Shown: in pieces, positions 12,104 through 24,596 of the stretch
How positions within the stretch are numbered: position 1 is the stretch's first letter
Layout of the letters: each line of letters begins with the position of its first letter
Assembly: GCA_037447605.1 (NCBI GenBank)
Contig: CM074815.1
Location: 1,798,001-1,862,000, forward strand
Source of the DNA: Zygnema circumcarinatum SAG 698-1b
Taxonomy: Eukaryota; Plantae; Zygnematophyceae
Direction of reading: 5' to 3'
DNA length: 64,000 nucleotides
Position numbers and translations under genes: made by a program
Notes under the pieces: model-generated
What the model saw: only the letters and a program-made list of their open reading frames with translations
Database searches by the model: none
What the model was told of the DNA's origin: nothing

Positions 12104-12885
12104 CAACCGAGCAGGTTGAGAAAATGAGAAACGAGTTTACTTCATTTCTGAATTCTCAAACTTGGTGAATAGGGGGAGTCTGACATTGACCATCGCCAAA
12201 TCAACTTGTAAGCCTGTCGTGCGAATTAAGCATTGGCGAGGTACGCATTTCGGAACGGCTGTGTACGGCGGAGCCGCGGATCGCGACCCGGAATTCGTAC
12301 ACGAAACTTTTACCTTTTAGTATACTAAATTCGGGAATTAAGTACGCGATGGTCAATGTCTGACTTCCCCTAATAGGGTTGGACTTTGAACACTAGAGGA
12401 CGAAACTTTTTCAATTTAAGAAAGCGAAAAGTTTTAAAGAAAAAGTTCAAAGACTCAACACGTTCGGTCGCAGTTGGTGTGGATTCCAGTTTTTGCCGTG
12501 TTGGTTCCGTGCGATTTGATAGATCGGGTTAACCCGGGCCTCCTCTTGTCCGTACGACTCTTTCCGCGAGCCGATCAACAGTTTCTGTACGTACAAACGT
12601 GTCCAAGCCCGTTGCGATCCGCTAAAATCTCATGGTTGATCGGTGGACCCAGGGAAGACTCATATTGAATACGAACGATAACTAACTGTTCAATGTTCAA
12701 TTGCTTCTCCATAAAAATTGTATTGAGCGAAGAATTTAGAAATTTATTTCTCATTTCTCAATATGAATCGTGTTCACAAATATAAGGTTATTAGGTTGAG
12801 GTTGTTGTTGAGAAACTGCTTTTGAAAGGTTTTTTTTTGAGAAGTCAAAATCTTTAATTTCTTTTTTTCTCAACCTGTTCGGTTT
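12104..12885. mobile_element. TA-flanked non-autonomous Tc1/mariner-like element (~780 bp), host of a nested MITE
   Basis: aaccgagcaggttgagaaaatgagaaa (12105-12131) vs reverse complement of 12858-12884, aaccgaacaggttgagaaaaaaagaaa: 24/27 identical. TA at 12102-12103 and 12886-12887. AT-rich non-coding interior. Confidence 0.65.
12172..12370. mobile_element. 199-bp MITE with 25-bp TIRs and TA target duplication
   Basis: gggggagtctgacattgaccatcgc (12172-12196) vs gcgatggtcaatgtctgacttcccc (12346-12370): 23/25 inverted match. TA on both sides. Confidence 0.8.
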
Positions 12886-12894
12886 TACGTTAAC

Positions 12895-13460
12895 CCAGTC
12901 CGTACGATTCCGTCCATATCGCCGCATAGACCGTACGGTGCCGCCCTCGCCCAGGCGCCCTTCGCTTTGTCTCGTGAGGGTTACCGTTACAGTACCGCGC
13001 CCGCCCAGCTTTGTCCGTACAGGATCTCGTACGGCCGAACCACCTCCGTCCGGCGCTGTCCGTCGGCCCCGTCGAGTGCCAACAAAGAAAGTATCGCCGC
13101 CTCGCTTTGCGCTTTAGGGCACTGGGTGACCTCCAGTAGGCGTGAGCCACGTGGACTCCATGCTATCCGTACCATCTGCCGTACGGCGACAGCGGTTGTC
13201 CCAGCGCACAGATGCCAACGTAAGCGAAGCACGTACACGTCACGACCTCGTACGGTCGTATCGTACACTGTACAGCGTGAGGCGTCACAGTGTACGAACT
13301 TTGAATTTCGTTACTGTACGCTGAACCGAAAAACTGTCCCCGGCCTGAACCTGACACGTGCGGGAGGTCGCCGTACGAGCATACGGCCTGAAAGTTCAGG
13401 GCGCACGCGTCGAGCCGGCGGGGCGGGCGGCGGGCGGGCGGGCGCCTACTCTACCGTACG
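12895..13460. promoter_or_regulatory. GTAC/CGTAC-dense upstream block of the USP-Grx-DEP-DUF547 gene
   Basis: About 15 GTAC cores by hand count in ~560 bp, mostly (C/T)CGTAC(G/A). GTAC is the SBP/SPL-CRR1 binding core. Confidence 0.45.
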
Positions 13461-13782
13461 GCACCGGGCGGCGGGCTGCGGCTGGCTCCCTGCCGGCCGC
13501 GGGCCCCCCCCGCGGCTTCGCGTGCAAGGCGCAGGCCCACCTGCCGCCCCGCCCCATCGGACGGTGCAGGCGACGCCAGCCTGGCGATATGCAGCTGGCG
13601 CGCGCCGCGTGGCGGGGCGATGTCCAGCGCAGCTCCGTCCGTCGGTCCGTCCGTCCGTCCGTCGGGGCTGGCGGGCGGGCGGGCGGGCGGGCAGGCGGGC
13701 GGGTTTTGGGGGCGGGCGCGTGGTCCTGCGTGCGTGGCTGCCTGCCTGCGCGCTCAAGTCCTCGCCGTCGCCCCTGCGCCTG

Positions 13783-13783
<1 letters not shown>

Positions 13784-13822
<39 letters not shown>
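13784..13822 (+). repeat. (CTG)n microsatellite in probable 5' UTR
   Basis: About 13 uninterrupted ctg units, ~170 bp upstream of ATG 13992. Confidence 0.95.
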
Positions 13823-13823
<1 letters not shown>

Positions 13824-13991
13824 GAGGGAGGGAAGGAGCGCGGCCCGCCTCTTGCCGCCTCCTGCTCCGCCCGGCCGACCCGGCCGCTCGCCGCCTCGTG
13901 CGTGCGTGCCATACGCCCGCCCGCAGGTTGAACTCTGACGACTGAGCGCTGATCAAGCGCTTTGTCGGAGCGAGGGTTTCTTCAGGAAGGC

Positions 13992-16900
13992 ATGGCGACG
14001 TCGCCCGGACGGGTTTTGGCGGCGGAGGGCGAGGATGGAAGCGAGGAGGTCCCCTCAGAGACTGTGGTGGTGGCGCTGCGCAATGACGAAGTGAGCGCGC
14101 AGGCGCTTCGCTGGGCGCTGGTGGAGTACGGGAACCGTTATGATGGCCGGCCCGTCATCTTTATGTTGCTGCACATTGTCTCTGACGTTCCAAATGCCCG
14201 TGAGTCCGCTTGCTGGCATTCTGCTCAACGTTCATGCTGTTTGAAGCCTTTCTGGTTCTGGAAACTCGTCGCTGCTTTCCCTGCTTTAGTACCGCTCTTT
14301 TGGAGACAAGCACTTCCTTCTGCTGAAAAAACCTGGACACTTCAGTTTTTGAAACTTAAAAAAAATCTCACGCGTGGAGTCAGGAGGTGGTATCTTGAAA
14401 TACTTCGTTGGAGCTATTTGGAATGGTAGACGTACGGCAGCTTGCTCTGAGCATAGAGTGCGATGATCTAGAGCGGAGTCTTGTTTTGCAGTTTGAGCTC
14501 ATCTGCAGTCGTTCAAGACCTCCATTACCTTTGTACTTTAGGGGAACATCTCTCTGCTTGTTCCTTCTGCCCCGTTCTCCTCTCCTCTCTCTCCAATTAT
14601 CTCTCCTTCCGTCTCCGTTCGCCCTCCCCTCTTAAGATCTCTACCCCTCTCCACCAATACAACCTCACCCTTCTACCCGTTTACATATTTCAGTTTTTAC
14701 AAGTATCCCTGGTCTCATGGGTGATGTAGACGACCGTCTCCAGTTGCAGAAGAGCATGTGTATGTTGTCCTGCAGGTTGGTAGGATCTTCAGGAAGCACA
14801 AACGTGTTTGAGGCACCTGACGCAGAAGTTCGAGCGGATTTGCAGACAGCGTGCTTGGAAGTGAATTTGTCCAGTTCTAGACAAAAAATCCTTTGAAGGT
14901 TTCTTTTATTATTTTTCTTCGTAGTGGAAGGAACCTTCTATTATTGTACTCCTGCAGAAGCGGCTATTTCACTTCCAAGTAAACCGATTTTTCATTTTAG
15001 CTGAAAATCTGGGAGTAGTCAGCACAGACTCAGGACAGTTTCGCCCTCGCGTTGTGAAGGAAGATACAGCTGCATACGGTTTTTTCCGTATGCTTTATCG
15101 TTTCATTAGAATCTTAAAGCGATAATGGTACGGATCGTGGGATTGACCATTCTTTAAGACATCGAAAAACTTTCGTCAAGGCTGCTTCCACTGCTGCTGC
15201 TGCCGAGTTTTCCTTACACCATTTGCAAGTTTGGATTAAAGTTGTGTTTTTCATCGTTGGATGTGGAAATGGAAATCCAGCTTAGGATAATTTGAGCACC
15301 TTCAGTGGAAGGGACGACTTTTTGAAAGCTACAGTAGCTTCGGCAGCTGAGAAAATGAACCACTCCTAGACGCCTGTCTGTAAATTGCAGAAGGAGACTT
15401 ATAAGTTTGAGATAAGACCTGAACTATTGAAGAAGCTGGTTTTCAGGAGTTGCACTTTTGGAAGGCCCTATCCCTGGATACTCCAATGCATGCAAGGATA
15501 ATATCTTTTCTTGATGATCTAGGTTGAGTTCCTTCTGTTTAGACAGCGTTGCAGCTAGCGGATACTCGATCTTACTTTATAGAGGGCCGCTCCAGAGTTT
15601 ATGTCCGAGGGAAAGTAGGGGCTTAAGCCTGGGAATTTCACGCAATAACCTTGACTTGATTGTACATAGAATGTTTAGAAATGCCATCGTTGTTCAAGGA
15701 AGCAACTAAGTTTTTCCATTGTGCGACTGAATGTGCTGTTTTTCTATGTTGATGGATTGAGTACTCAAGCAAAAATAGTAATAAAATACGATCATATTCC
15801 TTAAAAAGAGATGAAATAAAAGAATTAGCTCTCAAAAAGCTAAAATCAGTTCGACAGGTGCAGTATACGAAAATTGCTTGGTACTAATACCATCCCGTGT
15901 ATTCTGCTGTCTTCTCACCTTGCCTCTTCCTTTGCCTTGTCGCGATGCAGAGATGAAATCTGTTCGTGTCAGTGAAGCCGAGCTTGAGCGTGTGGCTATT
16001 CATTTGCGAGATCGTGTCCTGCCGTTTTTGGAAAGCATGCAAGATCTCTGCGACCTTCATGAGGTGAGCAGCATGTCGCTCCTTCAGCAGGAGCTTGGCA
16101 TGTGGGGGCGGTTTCATGAGCATCTCCGTACATGAGGTTAATGTTGGAGCAGGCGAGAAAGGGAGTCTATGAAACAGCAGAGGGTGAAACACGCAGGAAT
16201 GGGATGAATAATACAGGGAATTAATGCCGGGATTTCAGATGCTTTGTTGTACGGCTCAGCATCTTACGCTTCTGAAGAACCCTAGAACTTTTACTAGTGA
16301 ACATAAAATCTGCCTGTGCATGGCATTAAGCTTAGTCCGACCATGCGCACATAGAACCTGGATAGCTCCTGTCAGCCTCTTTGTTTGGGCTTTGGATTTA
16401 TTGTGCGCGAACAAGCACATGAGTAAGTTTCGCTGGATTGCGGAACTACATGTTTCATGAGGAACTTGAGGTTGCTCATTGATAAAGAGCTGCCATTTAC
16501 CAATCGTAAAGGTTAGGACGCGCGATAACTGTCAAGTTGAGAGATGAATCCTACACGCAAACTCTAATTGTTGTAAGGTTGAATCCAAACAGCTCAATAC
16601 TTGTAGGCTGTGATTTCCGAAACCGTACATGGGGGTGCTGAAGTTACCTGACGAGACCTCTTGAGCTGCTTTTCAGTAACTTCTGCAAGCCTCTCGGCAG
16701 GAAACTTGCCGCCGTGAAGTAAAGAAGCGTAAGGAAGTGCTGAAGTTAAGCATCTTGGAATATTGCGCTGAAAGGATAGTCTGAAGAATGCATAAGTGAG
16801 TCTATGAAAGAAGCAGGAAAGCACAGGAAAGCACAGGAAAGCATCTCCGGGGAGTGGAGGACGGAAAGTTTGCAATAGATAGGCTGAGAAATGCATTTGA

Positions 16901-19900
16901 TGAAGAAAGTACGTTATTTGCACTGTTGGATAAGTAATGAGGTTGTTAGAAGATGCACTCTTGTTTATTGCGAGCCGTAAGATGCACTACTGGGCCAGCT
17001 TGTATTAGCCATTGACGAAGAATTTAAAATGTGTCAATTGATAAAGGAGGCAGACAGCTCAAAGCCACTCAAATCTCGACTGCCCGACTGCTATGATTTC
17101 ATGTCCAAGGTTGGCCTTCAAACAACTTTAACTGAACAAGCAAGTGACAATAGATTGACCTGTACTTTTTTTTTTTGTAAAACTGTCAACTGAATAAATT
17201 GAAGGTTGACAATAGATTGGAGGATGAAGGAGATTATGTTTACTGGCGAGACAGCAACAGGAATCCTAATTTCCAACCTTGATGAATGAATGAGCATTCC
17301 TGGCGTAAAAGATAAGAAAGGAGTGGGTATGCAGACTCTTTGGAGTCGATGTGTATCGAAGTTATCGAGTATCCAATTGTACTTTCATATAGCCGAAATT
17401 AGTCTAATAACCAATTCTTTATTTTATCACAACCCAAAGCTTTAAGCAGACTCTATTGTAAGTGCTGCTTTCATGTTTGCAAATGGGAAAGGGCGAGGAC
17501 CAGCAGAAGCCTGATACATGAGATTATTTGTTACTTACTGCAGGTGATGTCGTCAATTGAAGTGGTCAAAGATGACTTGCGACCGGAAGCTATCATCGAC
17601 TCTGCAATAAGACTTCAGGCAAACACGTTGGTCCTCGGAGGGTCAGAGAATACGACCACGTAAGTAGAAACTCATCACTCTTAACAAAACATGCAACAGA
17701 AGTAGAATATTTCGCTATTGATAATTCACTTTTGGGGGTTGTAGTCAGTATCAAACAGCATGTGGACACTTTCGAGCATTCAGTACGCAGTACTGGTAGA
17801 AGTTTGCTAGTATTCAAAACAGGAAAAGGTCATACGGCCATATCCTCGCTATTCGGTAGGTTGTAAGTAGTCAATTAGTAGTTGCTAATTCATCTCTACA
17901 CCGATCAGCGCACCCCACATTCCATTATTTTACTGACCATGAGCTGCACTGGGCTGTGCACTTATGGTGCACTAAAAATTAGGTCATCTCTGAAGCGAAG
18001 CAGCTAGCAGCTAGCTATAAACTCTATCAGTTACAGGGGAGAGTCAGATTGGGCAAACCCTAGAGTTCAGCACTAGACTAAGTTTCATCTCCATGGAGCT
18101 GGAAACAGGCTAAAGTCTCTTTCCACGTCAGCAGTTAATGTTCAAATTATTTAATAAAATATACATTGGCCAGGTGGTAATACTATCGGAAAGTATTGCC
18201 AGGGACTATTGTCTTGGGATTCGTCTAGTTGGCATCCTAATTTTGGCGGATGAGTGAAATTAGTATTCAGCATTGAAGGAACTTCTCTGTCAAAACGAAG
18301 AAGGAAGACACGCAATAGAAAATTGCACTTTCAAGTAGCTCCACTGCGTTCTTTATTCGTAACGAGGGACGTTGGAAGTGAAGTAAAGCTGTTCGTGATG
18401 AGAGATGTAGAGTTGGTGGGCTGAAGCTGTCGATCCCCTTCAGTCTATGTGCAACCAGTCTTAGTTCATGCTCTCTATATTCTCGTGGAGAGGGATCTGG
18501 TTTGCGCTCTCCTTGCCACAAGTCAGCGTAGATTGATGATGGCAGAAAATTCCAGCAGAGAATCGTCGCGGTGCAGCAAAAGCTCAGCTTGCTAAATGTC
18601 CAGATGGGAACCTCAGAAACCTAAAAACTTTACTTTGTGTTTTGACTCTGTGATGGAATGGGGAGCGCAGGTGGGGTACGATTGCACACTGTACAGCGCT
18701 GGGTAAAACTCCACCAAGCTGCCGAGTGATAGTGGTGACGAATGGCAAGAAAACAAAAGAAGTTTCCCCTGAGGGGGAACTTGTCCCAATTGAAGAGGAT
18801 ACCACTTCCAGTGTAGACCTTCAGGAGGACAGCAATGGGGAGTTAAAAGAAATGCACGGCATTCAACCTTCTGTGAGCACACACTCGCAAAGAGGAGACC
18901 CTCCTCGGCCTGCAAATGCTCGAAGCACTTCAGCCTTAGCAGGAATCATGCGAGGGAAGAAGGGGCTGAACGGGAAGGTTCTGGTGAAGCAGAGGTCGGA
19001 GGAGAGAGTCAACAGAGAAGAGGAGGGCATGGATGGTGTGTATTCTAGCCAGGAAACGAGCCCTGTTCGCTTTGCTGCATCTCTGCTCAGCCAGCTTTCC
19101 ATAAGCAGGGCCCCCAAATCATATTCTTCAGGAGGGAAGTCGCCAGACAGAATGAGTAGCCCTCCCAGCAGATCACCCTTTGGGTCTGGGAGGAGAACAG
19201 TTTTGCCACCAACTCTGCCAGATATTCCACAAAGGGGCGAGCCCAAGGGACGGATAATAGTGTTTTCTATGGCAGGATGTGAGCGGTCCATGGCAGTCAA
19301 GGCTCTTCTTCGAAGCAAGGTGAGGAGTTTGCATTCTCATGGACAGCTGTTGATCGACAAGCGTTGAAGAAGCATTTGCATTTTCGTTTTCCCATCTATG
19401 CAGTGAAGAGTGCATCTGCTTATGTCGGTTCGAGTCTTGATGTTCATCGGACCAGCTCTCGTTTTCCTCGTCCTTATGCTTCTTTCACCTTGTTGTTCGT
19501 TTTCTCCATTCATTCATTCATTCATTCATTCATTTTCTCCATTTGGGGTCTTTGTTCGAATCCAAGGCTTCATATTATTTTCTGTCTGTGCAGGGAGCAG
19601 CCTATAGCGACGTATCGCTGGATGCATTTCCAGAGAGGCGGAGGGAGATGGAGTCTCGCAGTCACAAAACAACTGCTCCTCAAATATTCTTCAATGCGGA
19701 ACACATTGGAGATTGTGAATCGCTGCAAGCACTCGAGCAGCAAGGGGAGTTGGATGCCATGATTGAGGTACGACTCCCTCTCGCCTCTCTCCTTCTTGAG
19801 GAAATCACCTTTCGGTTTGTGATGCAAAATCGTAACCTGTGCGATTTACATTTCCTTGGCGGATTGTCTCTGACGTTGACTTAAGACTCGTAGTATCCTG

Positions 19901-22467
19901 GTAAGCTCATTATGATTACTCCTCGTTCAAAATATTGGAAGCGAACTCTCTTCTTTGACCCGCGTTCGGTCCATTTGTGTGTGTGTTTTTTATGACATAA
20001 TAACTTCAGTTCTCTGCCTCTTTGAGCTACCAAAGACTCGATTCCGTGCAAAACACAATCGCAAGACATTGAAATACTTGGGAAGCCAATCTAGCTTGAC
20101 CAAAGCATCAATGAAGCTGCAAGAAGTTTGACGACTACTCGCTAAATCTCTCCTTGCGAGACATCTGTCTGATAGTGGATATGAGAAGCGCTATGCAGGA
20201 CGTGTATGACAGAGAGGCTCCCGGAAATGCTCCTCACCCTCCCACTGCAGAGCTTCCCCCTGAAGATGACGATCCGCATGCCAACTTAGTGCGGCGAATG
20301 CGGCAGTCCATCTCCGTACAGGACCGTCTCCACACCTTCCACGTGTACCACCGCTGCTTTGTGGGTTCGGATGCCGTGGAGTGGCTCTGCAAGGTTCAGG
20401 GCCTCCACAAGTTGGATGTAAGCATGCATTCAAAGGCAGGCAGGCAGGCATGCAAAGATTGAAGACTAGAGGCATCTTAGTTCTAATGCTATAGCTCGTG
20501 CAGGGAAAGCTGTATGCTTGCTTGTCGAAGGGGCATTTGAAGATGAGGGTATTGAAGCAATTGTTGCATGTCATCTTTGATTATGCCTGACTAGCATTGC
20601 GGTTGTTTAGAAACTGAAGCTGAAGTTAGGTGTATTGGAGCATGCGCAGGCCCTTGCACTAGGGAACAAGCTGCTGACAAAACACTTCTTCCACCATGTT
20701 ACAAGGTTGGTTCCATGCCATTCTACTATGCTAAGGGAGCGTGCCCTTCCTATTCCCACAATATTCAGTTAATACATGATGACTGGAGGTAGCTCAGAAA
20801 GTATGCTTATATGACGGAAATGCAGACGTTGACGGAAGTAGCTTCTCTTGTAAACAATGATGCGCAGTAGGTATGTTCCTGGAAGAAGTGTAGAAGGTAT
20901 AAGCCACCTGAATTTGAAAAAGGCGGGGGAGGTGGGAGGGGAAAGGGTCAAGGAAGGAGGAGACAGGGAGTAAGAAGTGTGTATGAGAGAAAAAGAGATG
21001 ATTGATGTGGACATTGCTGCTGATGGTGACAGGGAGCGAAGGCTGGAAGACTCATACCAGTTTTACAAATTTGTGGATGATTTAGTAAGCGCGAGCAACC
21101 GGGATTGTCTCAACTTCTACGGCTCTATTTGGAGCAGAGAGATGCGGCCACCTGCCCTTGTAGTGGATGAGCTGCAACGCATTATGCGGGCCATCTGCGA
21201 TGAATATGTTGCAGAGGATGGGCGGTGGGTGGATTACGCTGCCTTGTCAAAAAGTGAACTGCTGCAGCGGTAAGCAGTTCCCATCCTGAAGCCTCCAAAA
21301 TCATCAGACGCTGCTAATTTTAGGGTTTTTAGGGTTCTTAGGGTTTTTAGACCTTTTAGGCCTTGCTTTGACTTGAAATAGTTTGAAGTTGAGAAATTTC
21401 GAGTAACTGAACTTTTGAACGATTGTACTTGAAATGTAAAGCCTCTAAAGCTCCTCCTTGGAATCCATGACTTGAGTTTGCAGTTACCGGCTGCGTTCCC
21501 AAGAACTGCAGCGACTACAAGTGGAGGGTCTGAGCAGAGAAGAGAAGCTGACAATGTTTCTCAACGCATACAACATGATGGCTTTGGAGGTGGTGGCCTC
21601 GGGTGCCCCCTTCAGCAGTCAAATAGAACGCACAAAGCTGTTCAGCAAATACACCTACTTGATTGGAGGCTCACACTACTCACTCATGGACATCGAAAAT
21701 GGAGTTCTAAGGGGGAACAAGAAACCAATTAACTCAATGACAAAGCCATTTACTCCCCGAGACCCTCGGTTGCGGGTGAGACTTGGAGGGGCAGACTTCC
21801 CATCTGTATCTTTCCCATCTAACCTATGTGAATTGCCATTGCTTTCTTAACATGTGTCAGTGGCATGCTGTTGAGTGTACAGAAGTCTGCAGAAGTATTC
21901 GCCATTGGTGTTTTGCATTCAAAATAGTTTTCAGTGCTAACTCAAGGCCCTTTCTCTCCCCCCTCTGATCCCCTACGACAGATAGCCACAATGGAGCTCG
22001 AGCCCCTCATTCATTTTGCTCTTTTTAATGGAAGGAGATCAGGTCCTCCCCTCCGGGTATATTCTGCAGACCAAATAATGCCTCAGCTGAGAGCGGCTGC
22101 ACGCGCGTACTTTGAAGATGGAGGCATTCGAATGGACTTAAACAATCGCCAGATTGCTCTCTCTAAAATCATTTCCTGGTAAATACCTCACACTACCCCC
22201 CTCCCCCCCCCCCTCCTCGCTCTGTTCTTTGTGTAAGAATGGAGCGCTGCCATTGCCTTATACTCAACTAGATTGACCTATGGGAGTGGGGAGGACAGGT
22301 ATGAGAAAGATTTCGGCAAGTCCGGGTATGATGTGCTGATCTGGATAGCCCAGCTCATGGATGAACCGCGGCGGAGCCATCTCTTGTCACTCGCACGCGA
22401 AATCAACTCCATAAACGTTATCTATGTGGAATATGACTGGGCCAACAATGACCTCCAATGGCGGTAG
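13992..22467 (+). CDS. USP-like (STK_N-type) + glutaredoxin + DEP + DUF547 multidomain protein
   Basis: In-phase exons: ETVVVALRNDEVSAQALRWAL...MLLHIV | MKSVRVSEAELE...DLCDLHE | VMSSIEVVKDDLRPEAIIDSAIRLQANTLVLGG | TPPSCRVIVVTNGK...GRIIVFSMAGCERSMAVKALLRSK | TTAPQIFFNAEHIG | RCFVGSDAVEWL (DEP) | EEKLTMFLNAYN, LMDIENGVLRGN, EPLIHFAL, LSKIISW|YEKDFG, YVEYDWANN (DUF547). TAG at 22465-22467. Confidence 0.85.
21318..21361 (+). repeat. Intronic telomere-like 9-mer array (TTTTTAGGG)~5, degenerate
   Basis: ttttaggg tttttaggg ttcttaggg tttttagac cttttaggc. Confidence 0.7.
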
Positions 22468-24596
22468 ACTGCAAAGGGGGTTGCTTCGCTCGCACATAAT
22501 TCACACCATTTCATGGAGTGTGCTATCTGCTGTGTCTGAGCTCCTCTTCATTTTTGACATCGAGGCAGCTGGTGGGTCCCTCTGCCTCCTGTGCTTCCAA
22601 GTCGAGTTGAACTCTTCAATTTATTGGGGCTTAATTATGGAGGCGTGGCTGATTACCCACTGCTTTTGTAGTATACATCTCCAAGACCCATTGAGTTTCT
22701 TTCTCCAGTCATCCATCCATCCACCCCTTACGGCCTACTCATCCGCATGTACCACCACTCAGCCACTTCTAGAGAATGTGACCTTATGCCATATGCTCCC
22801 CGCCTGTAGACGCAGATCCAATAAGGGAGCGGTACAAATAAATTAGCCTCTCTTTAGCGTCCTGGAGGGAAGGTAGGAGCGGTTGTCCCTCATGCTTAGA
22901 CAATTGGTAGAAGTCAGGATGCCTTTCGTGTAGATGGTTAGAAGGTAGACGGTTCGGGTTAGTACCAAAAAAAAAAGGGGGCATGTGTCATTCTTATGAA
23001 TGTGTTGATTCCCTCTAGCCGAGCGAACCTGGTAATGTTCTCTTTAAGGCTTTGTCTCACTCATGCTATGTGCTGATTAGGGCTCCTCGTGTGAATAAGA
23101 ACAGGCGTGCAAATGGTGAAGCGGAGAGTGTTCAGCCGCTTCCCTAAGTTATGGAAAACCTTGAAAGCTAATCAGAACATATCATCTGTTCCCCCTTTCA
23201 GAGTATGCTCATGTGATTCACTGAAAGCGCAGTATGATTGCTCCCGTCATAATGTGACACTTCGTGCAAGGACAGCGCGACTAGTATTTGTTGAATTGGT
23301 GTTCTTTGAATTTGTTGGGTTGAATTCTTCAGTTGCTTTCAGTTGCTTTCATTGTTCAAGCATTTACAAATTAATTTTGAAAGTGCTTTAAATGTTTGGC
23401 ATGGGGGTCACCTGGGTGAACTCTGAGTAATCCGTTTCACTGGTGGATCCAAAAGGTCAACTCGGACTTCTAACTGACACTGTTCGATAGTTGAAGCAAG
23501 TTCGAATAGACCATTCAAACTTTAAGCAAATTTTTTAATCTAAATGGACTGAGGGATTCTTCCCGTGCAGTTTTTTTGGCGTAGCTTTTTGTGGCAGAGT
23601 TCTACTTGTAGAACTTCGGTGAGAAAACCTCCAACCATCCCGACGATTCGATTTTCAAGATCGGCTTGCCAACCGAGAAAGGAAGGAATTTTAGGTAGTG
23701 GTTTTTCAGGCATTATCACAGTCAGATTGGCAATCCGCCATCTCAGAGCTTCGAAGGGTATTCAATAAACACACGTGGCTTCGTACAGTGACTTGACTTC
23801 AGAGAATGTCTCAGTAATTCGACTTTTTGAAAAGTGAGGTCCCGTAGAGGGTTTACCGAACTGTAGTACGGTGGAGTAACTGCATAGAGGGAAACGTGTG
23901 CACCATATAACGCTGAAGGCGGCTACAAATGCATAGGAAGTGCATATTGAGCTGACCGCATCGCAAAAAAGACCATCATTAAGGACACAAATACTCGATG
24001 GCCTTTCGTCGCATGCCCTGCTATGAGATGTCAGCGCGAGAGCTGATTCAAGGATTCCATACGGTCTAAAATGTAATCTAAATTAGGGTTTCTACTACAG
24101 ACATAAGCATTTTCCTCCCCGATGAGAAGCGCATTGCCAATGGTTGAAGGGCGGATACAGACTGCGCCTCCCCAAACTTAACAGAGGGATATCCCTGGGA
24201 GATGCGAGAGCCCAACTGGAGAAAACCTAACAAAACTGGTTTTGAAACTATCCTCTCTGGGACCTTGTTATCTCCCCGATGGCATAGAACGCATCCCTCC
24301 ATATGCTTGCGGAAATAATAAGCCCATCTAATCCACCAGCTTGTTGCAAAACAAGTGAAGGACCAAAAGCCTTCCAAGGCCCTGGTGATGAGACCACATG
24401 CTTGTGAACGTAGGAGAGCTGAGAACAGCCGTGGATTCATTGCGGCGTTCAGGCTCATGAATCACGAACGCGGTCATTTCACGCAATTGCTGTGAAAGAC
24501 TTTGCAAGCGAAAATCCACGTAGATAAAGCGATGCAGGCGGAGCGGTCCTGCTCAGAAGAGGGCATGGCTGAATAGTATAAGGCTGCTTCTCCTTG

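Noticed and set aside
12967-13956. Long ORFs (323, 195 and 186 aa) across the GC-rich upstream region
   Set aside because: Low-complexity Ala/Arg/Gly/Pro products of GC-rich promoter/UTR DNA and (CTG)n, (GGCG)n repeats; no homology cues.
14776-14860. Possible cassette or poison exon in intron 1 of the USP-Grx gene
   Set aside because: Inclusion gives an immediate TAG or a frameshift, and direct splicing of 14198 to ~15950 already yields a complete USP domain; no support without RNA data.
24078-24519. Minus-strand ORFs downstream of the RRM-STEEP1 stop
   Set aside because: No recognisable domain or consistent splice chain; probably 3' UTR.
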